This document shows, piece after piece, positions 39,001-49,546 of a DNA stretch of 64,000 nt. Under the pieces are notes generated by a model. It saw only the letters and a list, made by a program, of their open reading frames with translations. It ran no database searches and was not told where the DNA came from. A program made the position numbers and the translations under genes. This DNA is from Amoebophrya sp. A120 (lineage: Eukaryota > Protista > Dinoflagellata), in the NCBI GenBank assembly GCA_905178155.1, contig CAJINV010000002.1, positions 5,327,709-5,391,708 of the forward strand. Reading direction: 5' to 3'. Positions within the stretch are counted from its first letter, which is position 1. Every line of letters begins with the position of its first letter.

Positions 39001-40367
39001 CTGGTATGTAGGACATAGCATGACAGATTCTGCGGGACATTTCTAATGCCTATCCTGCATGAGAAACTGCCTCTCGATTAGGTCAAAAGTGCACATCTTT
39101 TGGCAATCATGCAACACAGTTTTTTGCCTGATTCAGATTTAGCATGACAGGTCGACACTCCTCCAGACCCAGACATTTTTACATTTGATAAGGGGCACTT
39201 TTTACTGTGACACCGGATTGCGTCGATCTAGTGGTGGGTTTGCTGCAGGGTGACGCGGCGCGTCGGCTGCCGATGCGCAAGGGCGGACCACTATCCTATG
39301 TCAAAACGTACCCACCCCATACTTAGTCAAGATGGGGAATCGGCTAGACATATCCACAAGCTTTGGCTGTTTCGCATGACAAATTTGGACGCGTAGTGTA
39401 GTGCTGTTTGAGCTAGTTCAGCAGCATTACAGATCTAGTGTCTCATGCTGATTGGAGCATGACAAATTTCAAAACACCATTAGAAAATGCTCCTCATGGG
39501 GCTCCGCATGCGAAACATTTTAAGCATGCAGATTTGCATGACAACTATGGTGTGGGGACGTTTTTACACAGGATAACCGCTGAAGAACCTGCGCGAACAC
39601 CCGTGGTACAAACACTTCCCGTGGTACCCAAGAAAAATCAAACACCATCGTGATCACTTGAATATTTGCGCTTTTCTTTCTGACATTTTTTCCGACGGAC
39701 TTCATCTGTGGTCATGCGGAAATGTAAATGCATTTTCTTCACACCTTTATCCCTCGTTCTGTCCTGTTGTTTTTCTGCAATGTGTGATGTGAAACTTTAT
39801 TGCCATGCCAGACAAAGTTCATGTGAGGCAGCAGAGCCTGCTCCTGCAAACAAATTGTGATATTGTGCAAGAAAATGAAAAGAGCTGCCTGTATCAAATA
39901 GTTGTGATTTTGAGGGTGTTTTTTTTTGTTTTATATCGGGCGGGAAATGTGGCAGGGCACGGTGGAAGCCCCCTTCATTCCCCGGGTGCAAACCAACCAG
40001 GACTGCGGAAACTTCCGGCCCAAGAACAAACCGCCACCGGTATGAAATGCAAATATGTCTGGGTCTGGAAGTGAGTGCAAACTTGTGATGCGCATTATTT
40101 CACAACGCGGAAAAATCTCTCATGCATAGGCAGCAAAGGCTGCCCGCTTTCTGTCACCATCACCAAAGTGGGGCATTTCTCATTCTGATTCGGCATTGCG
40201 GAAGCTTCTTGAAGCCTGTGATGCTATAGCTTCCATGCCAGACCTTCTGTGTCATGCAAAAGCAGAGCGTCTCTTCCAGACCCAGACAGGTTTGCAATCC
40301 ATAACCGGCGCAGGATTACAATCCCCACGCACCTGGTCACGATCCAGACTGGGATAGGGATTTCTGA
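27080..40367 (+). CDS. PKG: cGMP-dependent protein kinase-like (AGC family): long disordered N-terminus, three divergent cNMP-binding domains, kinase domain; start uncertain
   Basis: Spliced motifs VYRQGEPGDRMFLILSG, PGDYFGE, GGIFGEY, QYFGERTLL, LGCGGFGRV, FALKSISK, FLMEVCLGGELF, YRDLKPENLLLD, DMGLAK, TCGTPDYFAPE, VDWWCLGV, HPWYKHFPW, EAPFIP and C-terminal DWDRDF*, typical of PKG. Confidence 0.85.
28867..29225. mobile_element. TIR introner, family A-related
   Basis: TATGCACGTTTGCAAATATCGATCTGGGTC ... GATCTTCGATATTTGCAATTTATA, DR AAACT. Confidence 0.8.
30694..31000. mobile_element. TIR introner, distinct family
   Basis: TATGGAAGTGTCAGGATCGAAATCGTCAGAGTTGAAAT ... ATTTCAACTTTGACGATTTCGATCCTGACGCTTCCATA, DR TCACC; removal restores the cNMP motif GLTVYRQGEPGD. 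Confidence 0.93.
31105..31319. mobile_element. Decayed TIR introner
   Basis: TATGCATTGCAAA ... TTTGCAGACGATA; DR decayed (GTGAC/GCTCT), but removing element plus 5 nt keeps frame (VGDTVQIRK). Confidence 0.65.
32059..32328. mobile_element. TIR introner, family A
   Basis: Family A TIRs, DR ACTCG. Confidence 0.9.
32389..32710. mobile_element. TIR introner, family B (reverse complement of 5434-5761)
   Basis: TATTGAGAGGAAAAATCCCCCCTCCCCATAT ... GGGGAGGGGGGATTTTTCATTTTGATA, DR CGTGA. Confidence 0.92.
32868..33142. mobile_element. TIR introner, family A
   Basis: Family A TIRs, DR TCACG/TCACT. Confidence 0.9.
33832..33981. mobile_element. TIR introner, family C
   Basis: TATGCATTGCAAAAGCATCGTACT ... 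GTGCGATACTTTTGCAGAGCATA, DR AGCTC; removal gives WVIPQLAFKTIL. Confidence 0.88.
34728..35053. mobile_element. TIR introner, family A-related
   Basis: TATGCCTTGCAAATATCGATCTG ... CAGATCTTCGATATTTGCATTTGATA, DR GGGAA; removal gives LLLNGEVEI. Confidence 0.88.
36356..36714. mobile_element. TIR introner inside the kinase glycine-rich loop
   Basis: TATCAAAATCAAAAGTGCCCC ... GGGGCAGTTTTCATTTCCATA, DR TTGCG/GTGTG; removal restores LGCGGFGRV. Confidence 0.85.
36818..37079. mobile_element. TIR introner, family A (reverse of the 32868 type)
   Basis: Family A TIRs, DR GGATG; removal gives KRMESAVFREKEIL. Confidence 0.92.
37175..37426. mobile_element. TIR introner, distinct family with ~45-bp TIR
   Basis: TATAACCCGCTCAGGTGTTACAATCTCAAGCGTTACAATAGAAT ... 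ATTCTATTGTAACGTTTGAGATTGTAACACCTGAGCAGGTTATA, DR ACGCG. Confidence 0.93.
37549..37780. mobile_element. Diverged TIR introner
   Basis: TATCCTGCAGAAAAAAGC ... GCTTTTTCAGTGTGATA, DR TCACC/TCGCT; removal gives ATVITAFAYLH. Confidence 0.75.
38092..38412. mobile_element. TIR introner, family B
   Basis: TATCAAAGTGAAAAAAGCCCCCACCCCATATC ... GATATGGGGAGGGGGCATTTTTCATTGTAATA, DR GCATT. Confidence 0.9.
38640..39212. mobile_element. Composite introner carrying a nested family A copy in its right TIR
   Basis: TATCATATTGAAAAGCGCCCC ... GGGGCACTTTTTACTGTGACA, DR CCGGA; removal gives APDCVDLVVGLL. Confidence 0.82.
38928..39190. mobile_element. Nested family A element
   Basis: Family A TIRs, DR AGGGG (38923-38927 and 39191-39195). 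Confidence 0.92.
39292..39575. mobile_element. TIR introner, distinct family
   Basis: TATCCTATGTCAAAACGTACCCAC ... GTGGGGACGTTTTTACACAGGATA, DR ACCAC/ACCGC; removal gives GGPLKNLREHPW. Confidence 0.85.
39625..39935. mobile_element. Decayed TIR introner
   Basis: TACCCAAGAAAAATCAAACACC ... GGTGTTTTTTTTTGTTTTATA; removing element plus 5 nt gives HPWYKHFPWREMWQGTVEAPF. Confidence 0.7.
40041..40303. mobile_element. TIR introner, family A
   Basis: Family A TIRs, DR ACCGG; removal gives PPPAQDY...DWDRDF*. Confidence 0.9.
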
Positions 40368-40614
40368 CGAGAATAATCGAGAAAAATGTAGATGTTATTG
40401 TGCTTTTACTTAGCGACAAATAACCATTCAGCGACGGCCTATGGCTCCTGCCGCATCTCTCGTTTCACCAGCATTTGCAGCAAATTTACCGGACAGCGTC
40501 CACCTCCACAGCTTGGTGAGCCCAAAAGGTTGTTGCGCCGTAGTTGTCCTCGAGGGGATAAGCAGTTGACGACACTCCGGAACAAGGAGCCGGAATTTTA
40601 TTGAAGAAACCACT

Positions 40615-40766
40615 TATGCAGTGCAAAAGTTGTATCGCAGTGGTATGGATTGCATCACATTCACAACTTTAAGTATCTCATATTATTTTGCTAAGAGATG
40701 GCGATGAGACACTTGTCTCGACGCAAGCCTGCAATTCATACGAGTGCGATGCTTTTGCACTGGATA
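40615..40766. mobile_element. Family C element in non-coding DNA downstream of the PKG stop
   Basis: TATGCAGTGCAAAAG ... CTTTTGCACTGGATA; DR decayed. Confidence 0.7.
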
Positions 40767-42387
40767 CTCTCAATTTAGTCCATTGATATTCTTGAAGCGT
40801 AGTCTCATTTTTTCACACACAGCGCAGCATCTCAATTCTTGTGGGTGTCACTTCCCACTTTTTGCCTCCCACTTGTTGCCTTAACAAAGAAGAACAAATA
40901 ACAATATACCTTTTAGCGAATCTAGCGACAATTAGAATTATACTTTTTAGTTTACGTTATTCTCACCACTGTAGCTGCTTGCGGGTGGGTCTGCGTGCTC
41001 CTGCTGGTGCAGATACTTATCTGCCACTGCATCTTCAAGCAGCCGCGGCCCCAGTATTTTTTACAGAGACTGTTCCTCGACGATAAGAATGCAGGAACCC
41101 CTTGCAGTTCTCTCCTATGATCTCTAGGAGCAGGCATCGCAACGGACTTCAATCAGACAGCAGCTGACAATGTAAAAATGAAAATCCAAATCAACAAGAT
41201 ATATACTTGTGTTTTTGTATGATTTGATTTTGACGCAACATCAAATTTAAATTTTGGAGAACACCCCCACGGGGTGGTAGTACAACCAAGCAAAGGATAC
41301 TATGGAACTTGTACTTCTCACGGAGAGTCCGAGTAGTGGTCAAGTAGAAGTACACTCGTCACAACATCAGCTTTATCGAACAAAAATCGACCTACGATTG
41401 TATGCACAGTAGATCACCTCTTCCGGCGGGCGAAAAAAAGTATGACGTTAGGATGGAAATGGGTGGGATTATCGCAACAAGGGAATTAAGTATGATTAAC
41501 GAATGTGCCTCCCTGTTTGAAAAAAAAAGTGTTACCGCTGTAGCGCTATCTGTGCAGCAGACGTGAATGGCAGAAATAGTGGTATCACGGTAGGGCACTG
41601 GAACAAGAAAAGGCCGCGGTGAAGAAGTTGAGGTGAGGAATCCAGCAGGGCTTCTAAAGAACATCGAGGTAGACCAAATTCTTATATCCAGGTATCACGA
41701 CTAAGTACGCGTATGAAGAAGCTGTGCTGAAGGTTAGTGCTTCATTCTAAAAGATCGGGATATAATTAAATACAAGTGTCATCGGAGTCGGACAGTAACG
41801 GTATGTTAATGTTGTTTACGCAGTACTGTTTTGTCTCGCCCTCGTCGCCTGCAGTTTTGCAAGTAGCCGGGGGCAGATGAGATGATCGCAGATGCTAGTA
41901 TGAAGAGCGACAGCATTATAATATTTGTTCCGAGCTGGAGCTGCACTTCTAGGTCGCCTAGCGGACTATCAACGAATATAATTACGAGCAACATTCCAAG
42001 GGCTAGGACCGGCCGCACGCATTATAATCGATGCGATTCATTTTTCGATAAGGCTAAGAGCACGACGGGAAATGATCCTTTGAGTATTACGAAGGTTGTA
42101 ACTACTAGGCTTTCTGTTTCGCGGCGTTTCGAATTACAGAATAATTTTCATTTCGCCAGTTGCTTGTATGATGCGATGCCAGTCGTGCCGTTTGTTACTA
42201 GGACGCAGAATAGCAAATAACAACTTAGACGGCCATGAAAGAGGACCAAAGTTATAGTGTACTAGTGTAGACCTGAGATGAAGGGAAAAGTCTTTTGGTG
42301 CCCACAAAATCGAGGAAATAACTACGCCGGAGCAAGATGATCATGATAGGTTGATATTTTGAGGAACGTCTTTTCGTGCGAGCATGA

Positions 42388-42668
42388 TATCAAAATGAAA
42401 AGTTTCCCCTCCCCACATTCAAAACGAAATTTGTGATGTTGGATTTGTGTACACAAAAGTAGTGACTGCTCCCTTGGCCTGGTTGTTTAGCATGCCAGCA
42501 ACTTGCCCTGTAGTCCCGAGAGCATCAGAAATCGCCCACTCAAGGTGGCGGAGACCTCTGGGTTGCCACCTTCCGGGAGGGACAGTTGATTTGTTTGTGT
42601 ACACAATTCAGCAACACTAATGCAATCCGCTTTGAATATGGGCACGGGCGATATTTTTCGTCACAATA
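42388..42668. mobile_element. Family B element in apparently intergenic DNA
   Basis: TATCAAAATGAAAAGTTTCCCCTCCCC ... ATATTTTTCGTCACAATA, DR CATGA. Confidence 0.8.
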
Positions 42669-43784
42669 CATGAATTTGAGCCACGATCACGATGTTGGAT
42701 ATGCTCAGTTATAGAAAAACTTGTTGGGGTGGTTGAGTAATAAGTAAAAAAGAAAAATATATTGCGTCTGTAAAAAATCAGAGCAAAAATGTGCTTTGTG
42801 CTGCAAGTGCAAGTGCAATTCCAATTTAACAAACTAGAACGACAGAAGTACTTTATGTGTGGTAATCAATTTGATATCATAAAACGACTGATGGTCACTA
42901 CTAGCGAGCAGCTCTTGCCACATATTTTTCAGAAGCACTACCCTTTTTTTTCGGTATGGCAAACGCACCCACATGCAAACGCGACCTCGTCCCCGTGACC
43001 ATGCGTTGTAGTTGTGATTGTCTATTTTTACCCCTTTGTGTTTTCTCTCAGTCAGCATTTTTTATTGTGAAGGTTGATAGTGTAGCGATGATCAGCATTT
43101 TGCAGAAGGAGAAACGGTGATCATCCGACATGATCATCAACCGAAGAAAAATCGCAGCATACCCTCGCGATTCGGCTTTTTTTTTACGGACCGCAGAAAT
43201 GATTACAGCTTGAGCACTTGTTAGCGGCCGCGTATAACAACACCCTGCCGCCTGCGGACGGGGCGCATGCGAATGCAAGCGGCGCGGTAATTAGATTTGT
43301 GAAGGTCGCAGCTGCATCATCAACACCACAACGACTACGACCGCCCTAATCGCGCCGCGGCCTTGGACATATAGTATAGATTTGACCGCGCGGAAGTAAA
43401 AAGTACTTACCCCAGCACGAGGCTGCGCAATCGGGTAGTAGTACGGGACAACTTGCGACTTCTGTGTACCACCAGACGAGCACGCCAGAGCACGAACCTT
43501 GTTGCGACGAATTCAGATCTACGTACGGAAAAAATAATGCACCCTCCACCTCCTGATAAAACTAAAAGACAACAAAACAGATTTGGTCATAATGATTTTG
43601 TATGAGAATCATCCAAAGACCTCTAGGACGAAAGTACTTACTGCGTTTGTTGCAAGAGCTTTATCTTCCTCTACGAACGACATCACTTAGTATCAGACAT
43701 CATCAAGTGAAGGCGTTTATATGTTGATGAACCTGAGTAGGATTTTAGAGGGCGATTTTCCATTCTTCGAAACAAGGGCACTAC

Positions 43785-45507
43785 TGACCCGCGCGAAATG
43801 CGCGCGCAAGACCCGACGGAACTTGCGGCGCTCCGGCCTGACTGCCCGTACACAACGGCGGTCACCTCCTGGACACATTGGGTGGCCCTGCCTCCCGCGC
43901 AAGCTTCAACTGCACAAAGCCTCAGTGCTGACCAGCAGCCGGCCCGCCGGGTGTATCATACCTACGCCCCTGAGCTGGAATCGGATCAGGGAGCCGACCG
44001 ACAATTTGCGCCACCGGCTGCGCAGTGTCCCCCCTGGGCTATGGAAGCGGTCAAGACCCTAGAGAGTGCAGGCTGGAGCCGGCACCAGGTGCAGCGCCTC
44101 CAAACCTACCGCCCCCAGGTGGGGCGGCTAGAGAACTTGCGGGTGCACACGCATGAGCTCGCCGGAACCAGAGATGAACTAGTGGCGCGCTACAAGTTCA
44201 CCGGGGCGTGCGACGGGGCACACCTTGCAGCAACAGGGCGCGGGGCCTCGGCTGCCTACCTTCACAGCAGCCGCGAAGCGAGGGTGCTTACAGGAGCTTG
44301 GGGCGGGAACAAAAGCTCCTACCGCCCGGAGTTCACGGCCCTCATGGATCTGCTCGGCCTCGCCATCCAGGCCGCCGCCGAAGAAGATACGGCCGCTCAA
44401 GAATTACTTCTTTTGTCCGACGCACAGGCAGTCCTCGCCCGCATTAAAACGCTTGCGCAGTGCGGCGGGCTGGCTACGGATGCAGAGTGCGAGATGCTGG
44501 CCCGCCTGGAGCGGGTCAGTCGGCTCTACAAATGCATCAGGATCCAGCATGTGTACGGCCACACCGAGGTCACCCACAACGAAGTCTCGGACGCCTTGGC
44601 TGACCACGCCGCCGCCCTCGGTCCCGCGCCAGCTGAGTGGCCACAGGCACCGACCCTGGACGACGTGAAAGGATTAGTCAAGGCGGAACTAGACAGGCAA
44701 GAAGTGGACGCCATGCAGTCGCTGAAGCGGGCGGCCCCGTCCGTCAGTGGCAGCCTCTGCAGTGTCTTCCTCCCGGACCGCCCGGCCTGCAAGAAACTGC
44801 ACAAAGAACTAAGCGCGCAGGGCGAAAGTCGCGAGGTTCAAGTAACTGCGGCAAGCCTACTAGGCGCCACCCGCTTCAAGCAACTCACCCCGGCCGGGCT
44901 TCTCGGCCGTATTTGTCCCAAGTGCGACGCCGTTGCGGACACGCCGGCCCACTTCCTAGAGTGTTACGAAGTCGGGGACCTTGGCGGGCTATCGGACCCG
45001 CAGCGCCTGGCGCGCCTGTTCTCCTACGTCACATACGGAACGCGCGCACACCAAGACGGGCGGCGCCGTGCCGCCGGCGGCGGCGACGCAGCCGGGCCAC
45101 CGCCGCCCCAGCACAGGGGCAATTTTTGAGCACGTAGGGCATTTTGCCACCATGAACGTACAGCCGTCACTCCTTCTGGCCTGGTGCCAGTCGCACGTGG
45201 TGCCGCTCAGGCAGCGTCTCCCTACACACCGTAGTATAGTCATTCTGTGCTGCGCACCAGGAGTGCGCCCTCTGATTGATGAAACTATAAGGAACCAGCG
45301 CAAGAGCCGGCCCGCCATGGTCACACCCTCCAGCGCGATGCTCTCCTCCAGCCTCACGTCTAGATGTCGCGTTGCGTAGGTGGGTTTCGTTTCACTGTGC
45401 TTCCACAACCTCGTTGTTCAGTGGGTCGCTGCCAGAACAGCAGGATCAAAGAGCGAGCACCGCGTCTGTTTGAAACAAGAGTGGATCAAATAAATAAAAA
45501 AATAAAA
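43785..45507 (+). mobile_element. 5'-truncated non-LTR retrotransposon with A-rich 3' tail and 30-bp target-site duplication
   Basis: Flanks ATTTTCCATTCTTCGAAAC(A/C)AGGGCACTAC at 43755-43784 and 45508-45537; 3' end AAATAAATAAAAAAATAAAA; RNase H plus Cys/His knuckle ORF. Confidence 0.85.
43798..45129 (+). CDS. Retrotransposon ORF C-terminus: RNase H domain plus Cys/His zinc knuckle (RT domain absent)
   Basis: RNase HI catalytic pattern FTGACDGA..SSYRPEFTAL..LLSDAQAVL..QHVYGHTEVTHNEVSDALA, then CPKC..DTPAHFLEC; intronless and GC-rich. Confidence 0.82.
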   Translation: MRAQDPTELAALRPDCPYTTAVTSWTHWVALPPAQASTAQSLSADQQPARRVYHTYAPELESDQGADRQFAPPAAQCPPWAMEAVKTLESAGWSRHQVQRLQTYRPQVGRLENLRVHTHELAGTRDELVARYKFTGACDGAHLAATGRGASAAYLHSSREARVLTGAWGGNKSSYRPEFTALMDLLGLAIQAAAEEDTAAQELLLLSDAQAVLARIKTLAQCGGLATDAECEMLARLERVSRLYKCIRIQHVYGHTEVTHNEVSDALADHAAALGPAPAEWPQAPTLDDVKGLVKAELDRQEVDAMQSLKRAAPSVSGSLCSVFLPDRPACKKLHKELSAQGESREVQVTAASLLGATRFKQLTPAGLLGRICPKCDAVADTPAHFLECYEVGDLGGLSDPQRLARLFSYVTYGTRAHQDGRRRAAGGGDAAGPPPPQHRGNF

Positions 45508-45951
45508 ATTTTCCATTCTTCGAAACCAGGGCACTACAGCTAGTATGAAGAGGAGGACGAGTTTGGTGCTATTGTATTATTGGGCAAACCGCTAATAGTA
45601 CTAATATCGGAACCAAGCCGATGACAAAAATGACACGACTTCTTTGTTGTGACTTTGTTCTTTGACACAAATAAACATTCGCACGAGAACAGTACTGGCA
45701 AGAATGATCGCAGAAGTAGTCTACTTCGCGTCGTCGAAGATGAAAAGCAAAAATGTGGTCACGACTGACGGGCCGGCCACGTGATTTATTGCAACCGCGA
45801 TCGGTTTCTCTACTTCGATCACAAGTAGCGCTTCGCTGCGACTTTGGTAAAAGTGGTTGTGGTTCTTGTGTATTAGAGGCCCCATTTTCTTCTACTTTTT
45901 TTTCAGCTACTGGCTTCATCTATCTTGTCGGCACCATCATGAGAGTCAGTA

Positions 45952-47282
45952 TACCTCACTCGCGCCGCCGTGGAGGCACAACGGCGCGGGAATTTACGCA
46001 TACAAATAGAACAACAGGGCTCAAGGCGGTGTGTATAACTGGGCAAAAGAAACGCACGAGGGCGATAACTGGGCTACAGAAAATAGGAGGGGCAGGCAAC
46101 GCGGACGAAGAAAAGTGCTGCGCTATAAGCCTGTTTGGCCGAAAAAGCAAAAAGCGCAACACCTGAAAAGGCCGGGAGGCAACAAGCCACGCCGCTGCCG
46201 CCGCAAAATGGCAGGAAGGGGCAGGCCTTTCCTTTGTTGATTGCGCTTTTTGGCTTTCTACTTCGCCCCGCTGGCGGCAAGTCGGTTCAGTGAACCAGCG
46301 GGCGCAGTTCTCGTCCCGGCTCTTTCTTTTCCGGCTGGTTACCTCGGAACGTCGCCAGCCGCTTCAGCTTCTTTCGGCTACCCTTATCATATGACTGGCC
46401 GAAAAGAAACAAGGGCCAGGGCGCCCGTGGTCGCTGTGTGCGATAGTTCTAGCTGGTCCTGCCAGGTGAAAGCAAGCAGAACAGATTTCGCTCAGGGGAT
46501 AGGAAGGGAAAGTGATGGAGTGGATTGCAATTCCGGCTCCCGTCTTGCCTGGCCCAAAGAAAGACCGCGCGCAGTTTTTCAAAAACCAAGGGGGCCGCGG
46601 CTTGTTTCGCTTGTTCACGCCTGAGGCTGCCGCGAGCAGCAGGTGAAGAGCAAGCGATTTGGAGAACAGCCCAGAGAATGTTGCAGCCGCTTTCTTTGTG
46701 TTTTTCCTTGTTTACGTATTTCCATTGGACATGGCATGGGGCACTTATTTTTGGAAATGCTCGAGAAAAGGCCAGCGCTGGCCGGTGGGGCGCATGGCTT
46801 TCCTACTTTCTTGCGGATCCGGAAAGCTGCGCTTTTGGAGTATTTCGGTTCTGGCTTGAGCAACAAGCAATAACAGGCTTCCTCTCTCGAAGTTTGAAAG
46901 CGGCGCCCTTGCTTGGCTTGGTCAGAATCTGCCCGCCTTTGGAAAAGCAGACACTCGGGCCTTTTCTGTAAGACAGAGGAGGCAGCTTTCACTGCTATCG
47001 GGCTGGGGTTCCTCTGGCAAAAGAGCGAAAGAAAAGGGAAAGCAGCTACGCTTTAAGGACAAAGCGGCCTGTCTACTTACAAGGAAAAAGCGGCCCTTGC
47101 TGCTTCTTCCGACCGGGTTCTGCCCCGCAGCTGATTTATGAAAATACTAAGCCGCCTGGGTGCAAGCAGAGCGCGCCCCTCTTGTCTTTTCCGACAAGCC
47201 TGGCCAGTCTGCAAACCTCCGAAAAGCTTTTGGCTTTGCGCCGAAGGAAAAACATGGCATGTAATCTATCTTGTTGGCACCA
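45952..47282. mobile_element. ~1.3-kb insertion of unknown type between 36-bp direct repeats
   Basis: TCATCTATCTTGTCGGCACCATCATGAGAGTCAGTA at 45916-45951 and 47283-47318, plus a partial extra copy at ~47264-47284. Confidence 0.6.
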
Positions 47283-49546
47283 TCATCTATCTTGTCGGCA
47301 CCATCATGAGAGTCAGTACTAGGAGTAGAAGTTCCATAGCTCCTCATCAAGCACAAGCTCTCATCTGCACACCAGTCCCCACGAGCAGGAGCGTTTTTGT
47401 GTCGTGACCGGACGAGGTGGTCGAGATGTAGAAATTGAAATGCTGATCGAGAAGCACGCTCCTGCAAGAAAGAGGCCACGTAGCAAGATTTTTTGAGTAG
47501 ACTGGGTGTAGTTATTCTGTCATATTTGTAAGCTCGTCTGTCAGTGTCGGTCGTGCTTGTGCTTCACCCCGCCCCAGGAACAAGAAAGAAGTCGAGCACC
47601 TTCTAGATTCTCTCTTCTGAACGATGTAGCGAAAGCAACCGTACAAACAAGGTGAAGGTGTTGCAAAAAGCAACCTCATCTGATCGATGTGGACACCTGT
47701 GGCAAAGCACAACAATCTTCCCTGCGATCGAAGGATCAAGAGCCGAGGCGCAATAACACAAGAGACCTAGGGCACAACAATCTCAATCTATTCCCCCCCG
47801 CCACTTAAGTAATCGATGTAAAAACTTAGGGTGCAGCAACAACAGTACTGTAAAAGTCGAAGGGCGTGCAACCGCAAGGTCAACCGCTGCATTGGAACAG
47901 CAAGAATTCTTTCACGTTTTTTTTATTTACGTCTTCATTATTTAAGACTGAACGACATAAATCTTTTTTCATAGCAGGAGTGTGACATTTGGACAGTTTC
48001 TCCGCACAGTTCTTAACTACTTAGTGCTCCCGCACCAAGAACATTGGCGATCATTGATCAGTCCATCATCTTGTTGTACTGATTGTCTGATGCCCATTTT
48101 CTTGGAGGTGCTGCCTGGTAAAAATACTATGCTAGTACTAGTAGTCCAGACTCGTCACAACTCAGTCTGCCGAAGATTTTCTTTGCTCCACCTCACCTTT
48201 TGAAATACACATGCATAACCATTATATTGATTTGTTTAAATTGTAGCAGACTCAGAATCGATGACGCTGGTCGTGCCGAGGAGTGCTCGCGCTCGCCGCA
48301 GTTTGACAGTCAAATGAAATACCGATGAGGACTTCGAAGACTAAAAGAATTCTATTACCGATCGCGATCGACATCTTGGTCATCTATAGTATTTCGAACA
48401 AGAATCGAGATCGACAGCGCTATACTTCTAGACGAGTCAACATCTTTCCGCGTAAAACTTAGTAAAACTGACCTCTGGACGAAGAGGTAACTAAGAAAGA
48501 TCCGTCGAAGAAGCGTTAATTTTCACCAGTAAGACGAAAACGAGTACGCGCTCCCCTTCGCTTGAAGAACTTTGCCGTAGTTTTCGTTTGAAAGTACAAG
48601 TAGTAACAATAAATGATCGATTCTGTAGAATGCTGTAGCGTTTCGTTGGTACTAGATAAGATGACACGAGATGTAGGATGATTCGAAGTTGTAGTTACAG
48701 GTCGGACGTGCACCAAGGCGATATGGTTCGAAAAAACAAGCGACAGAGCCTGCGACAAGTTATGCAAATTGAGGTGTGTCAGGAAATCGCACAAAAATTT
48801 GAACTTCTTCTTTCTGTACAGTCGATGAAAGTCCTTCCCCTAGGATCATTATCTCTTTGTCGTCGTAGAGAGCAGGTGCAGGTCAACGCTTCTACTGTCC
48901 ACCAGTTGGTCCTACAACTACAGCCTCAAAGTAGCGGTGCGCCTTTTTTGGACGTGGTGTTCACGACTCGCAGCAAATAAGATAACGGTGGTCAAGGTCA
49001 TGCACACAGCAATATGTATATTAGCTGGTGGAACAGGTGCAGCGAAGGATCCTCCTCCCTCTATGTAACATTTGATAAAACCTGATTGTTCAATATCAGA
49101 CCAAGATCCTAGCGCTCACGACGAAAATAAAACGAGGACGCGGGTGGAGACAAATCACTATACTTTTTTGGATTTTTGTTGGCCCGCGACCCTACGCCTG
49201 ATTCGTGTGCTTATGCCTGTGATATCAATTTATTATGTTTTAACCTCGACGTTCGTCGCACTTCACATGTATTTTAAGATTTGAGTGAATTATTTCACAT
49301 TCACAACGACATTCACGTATAGCAAGCCAAAAGCTTCCTCCGTGATTTTCATTCTCGCAGCGACACCTAGTTAGGTACACAAAAAGAAGAAAATGTCCGA
49401 ACGTTTCGACCGTGTAGACAAAACAGTACAAGATAGAACAAGTTGGTCTTTAGTTTAATGTTCACCGTTTGTGTTCGATTTATTGTTATTCGAATAAGTA
49501 GTACTAACTTTTACGTTCAACGAACTAGCAGGTCAAGAAGTGCAAG

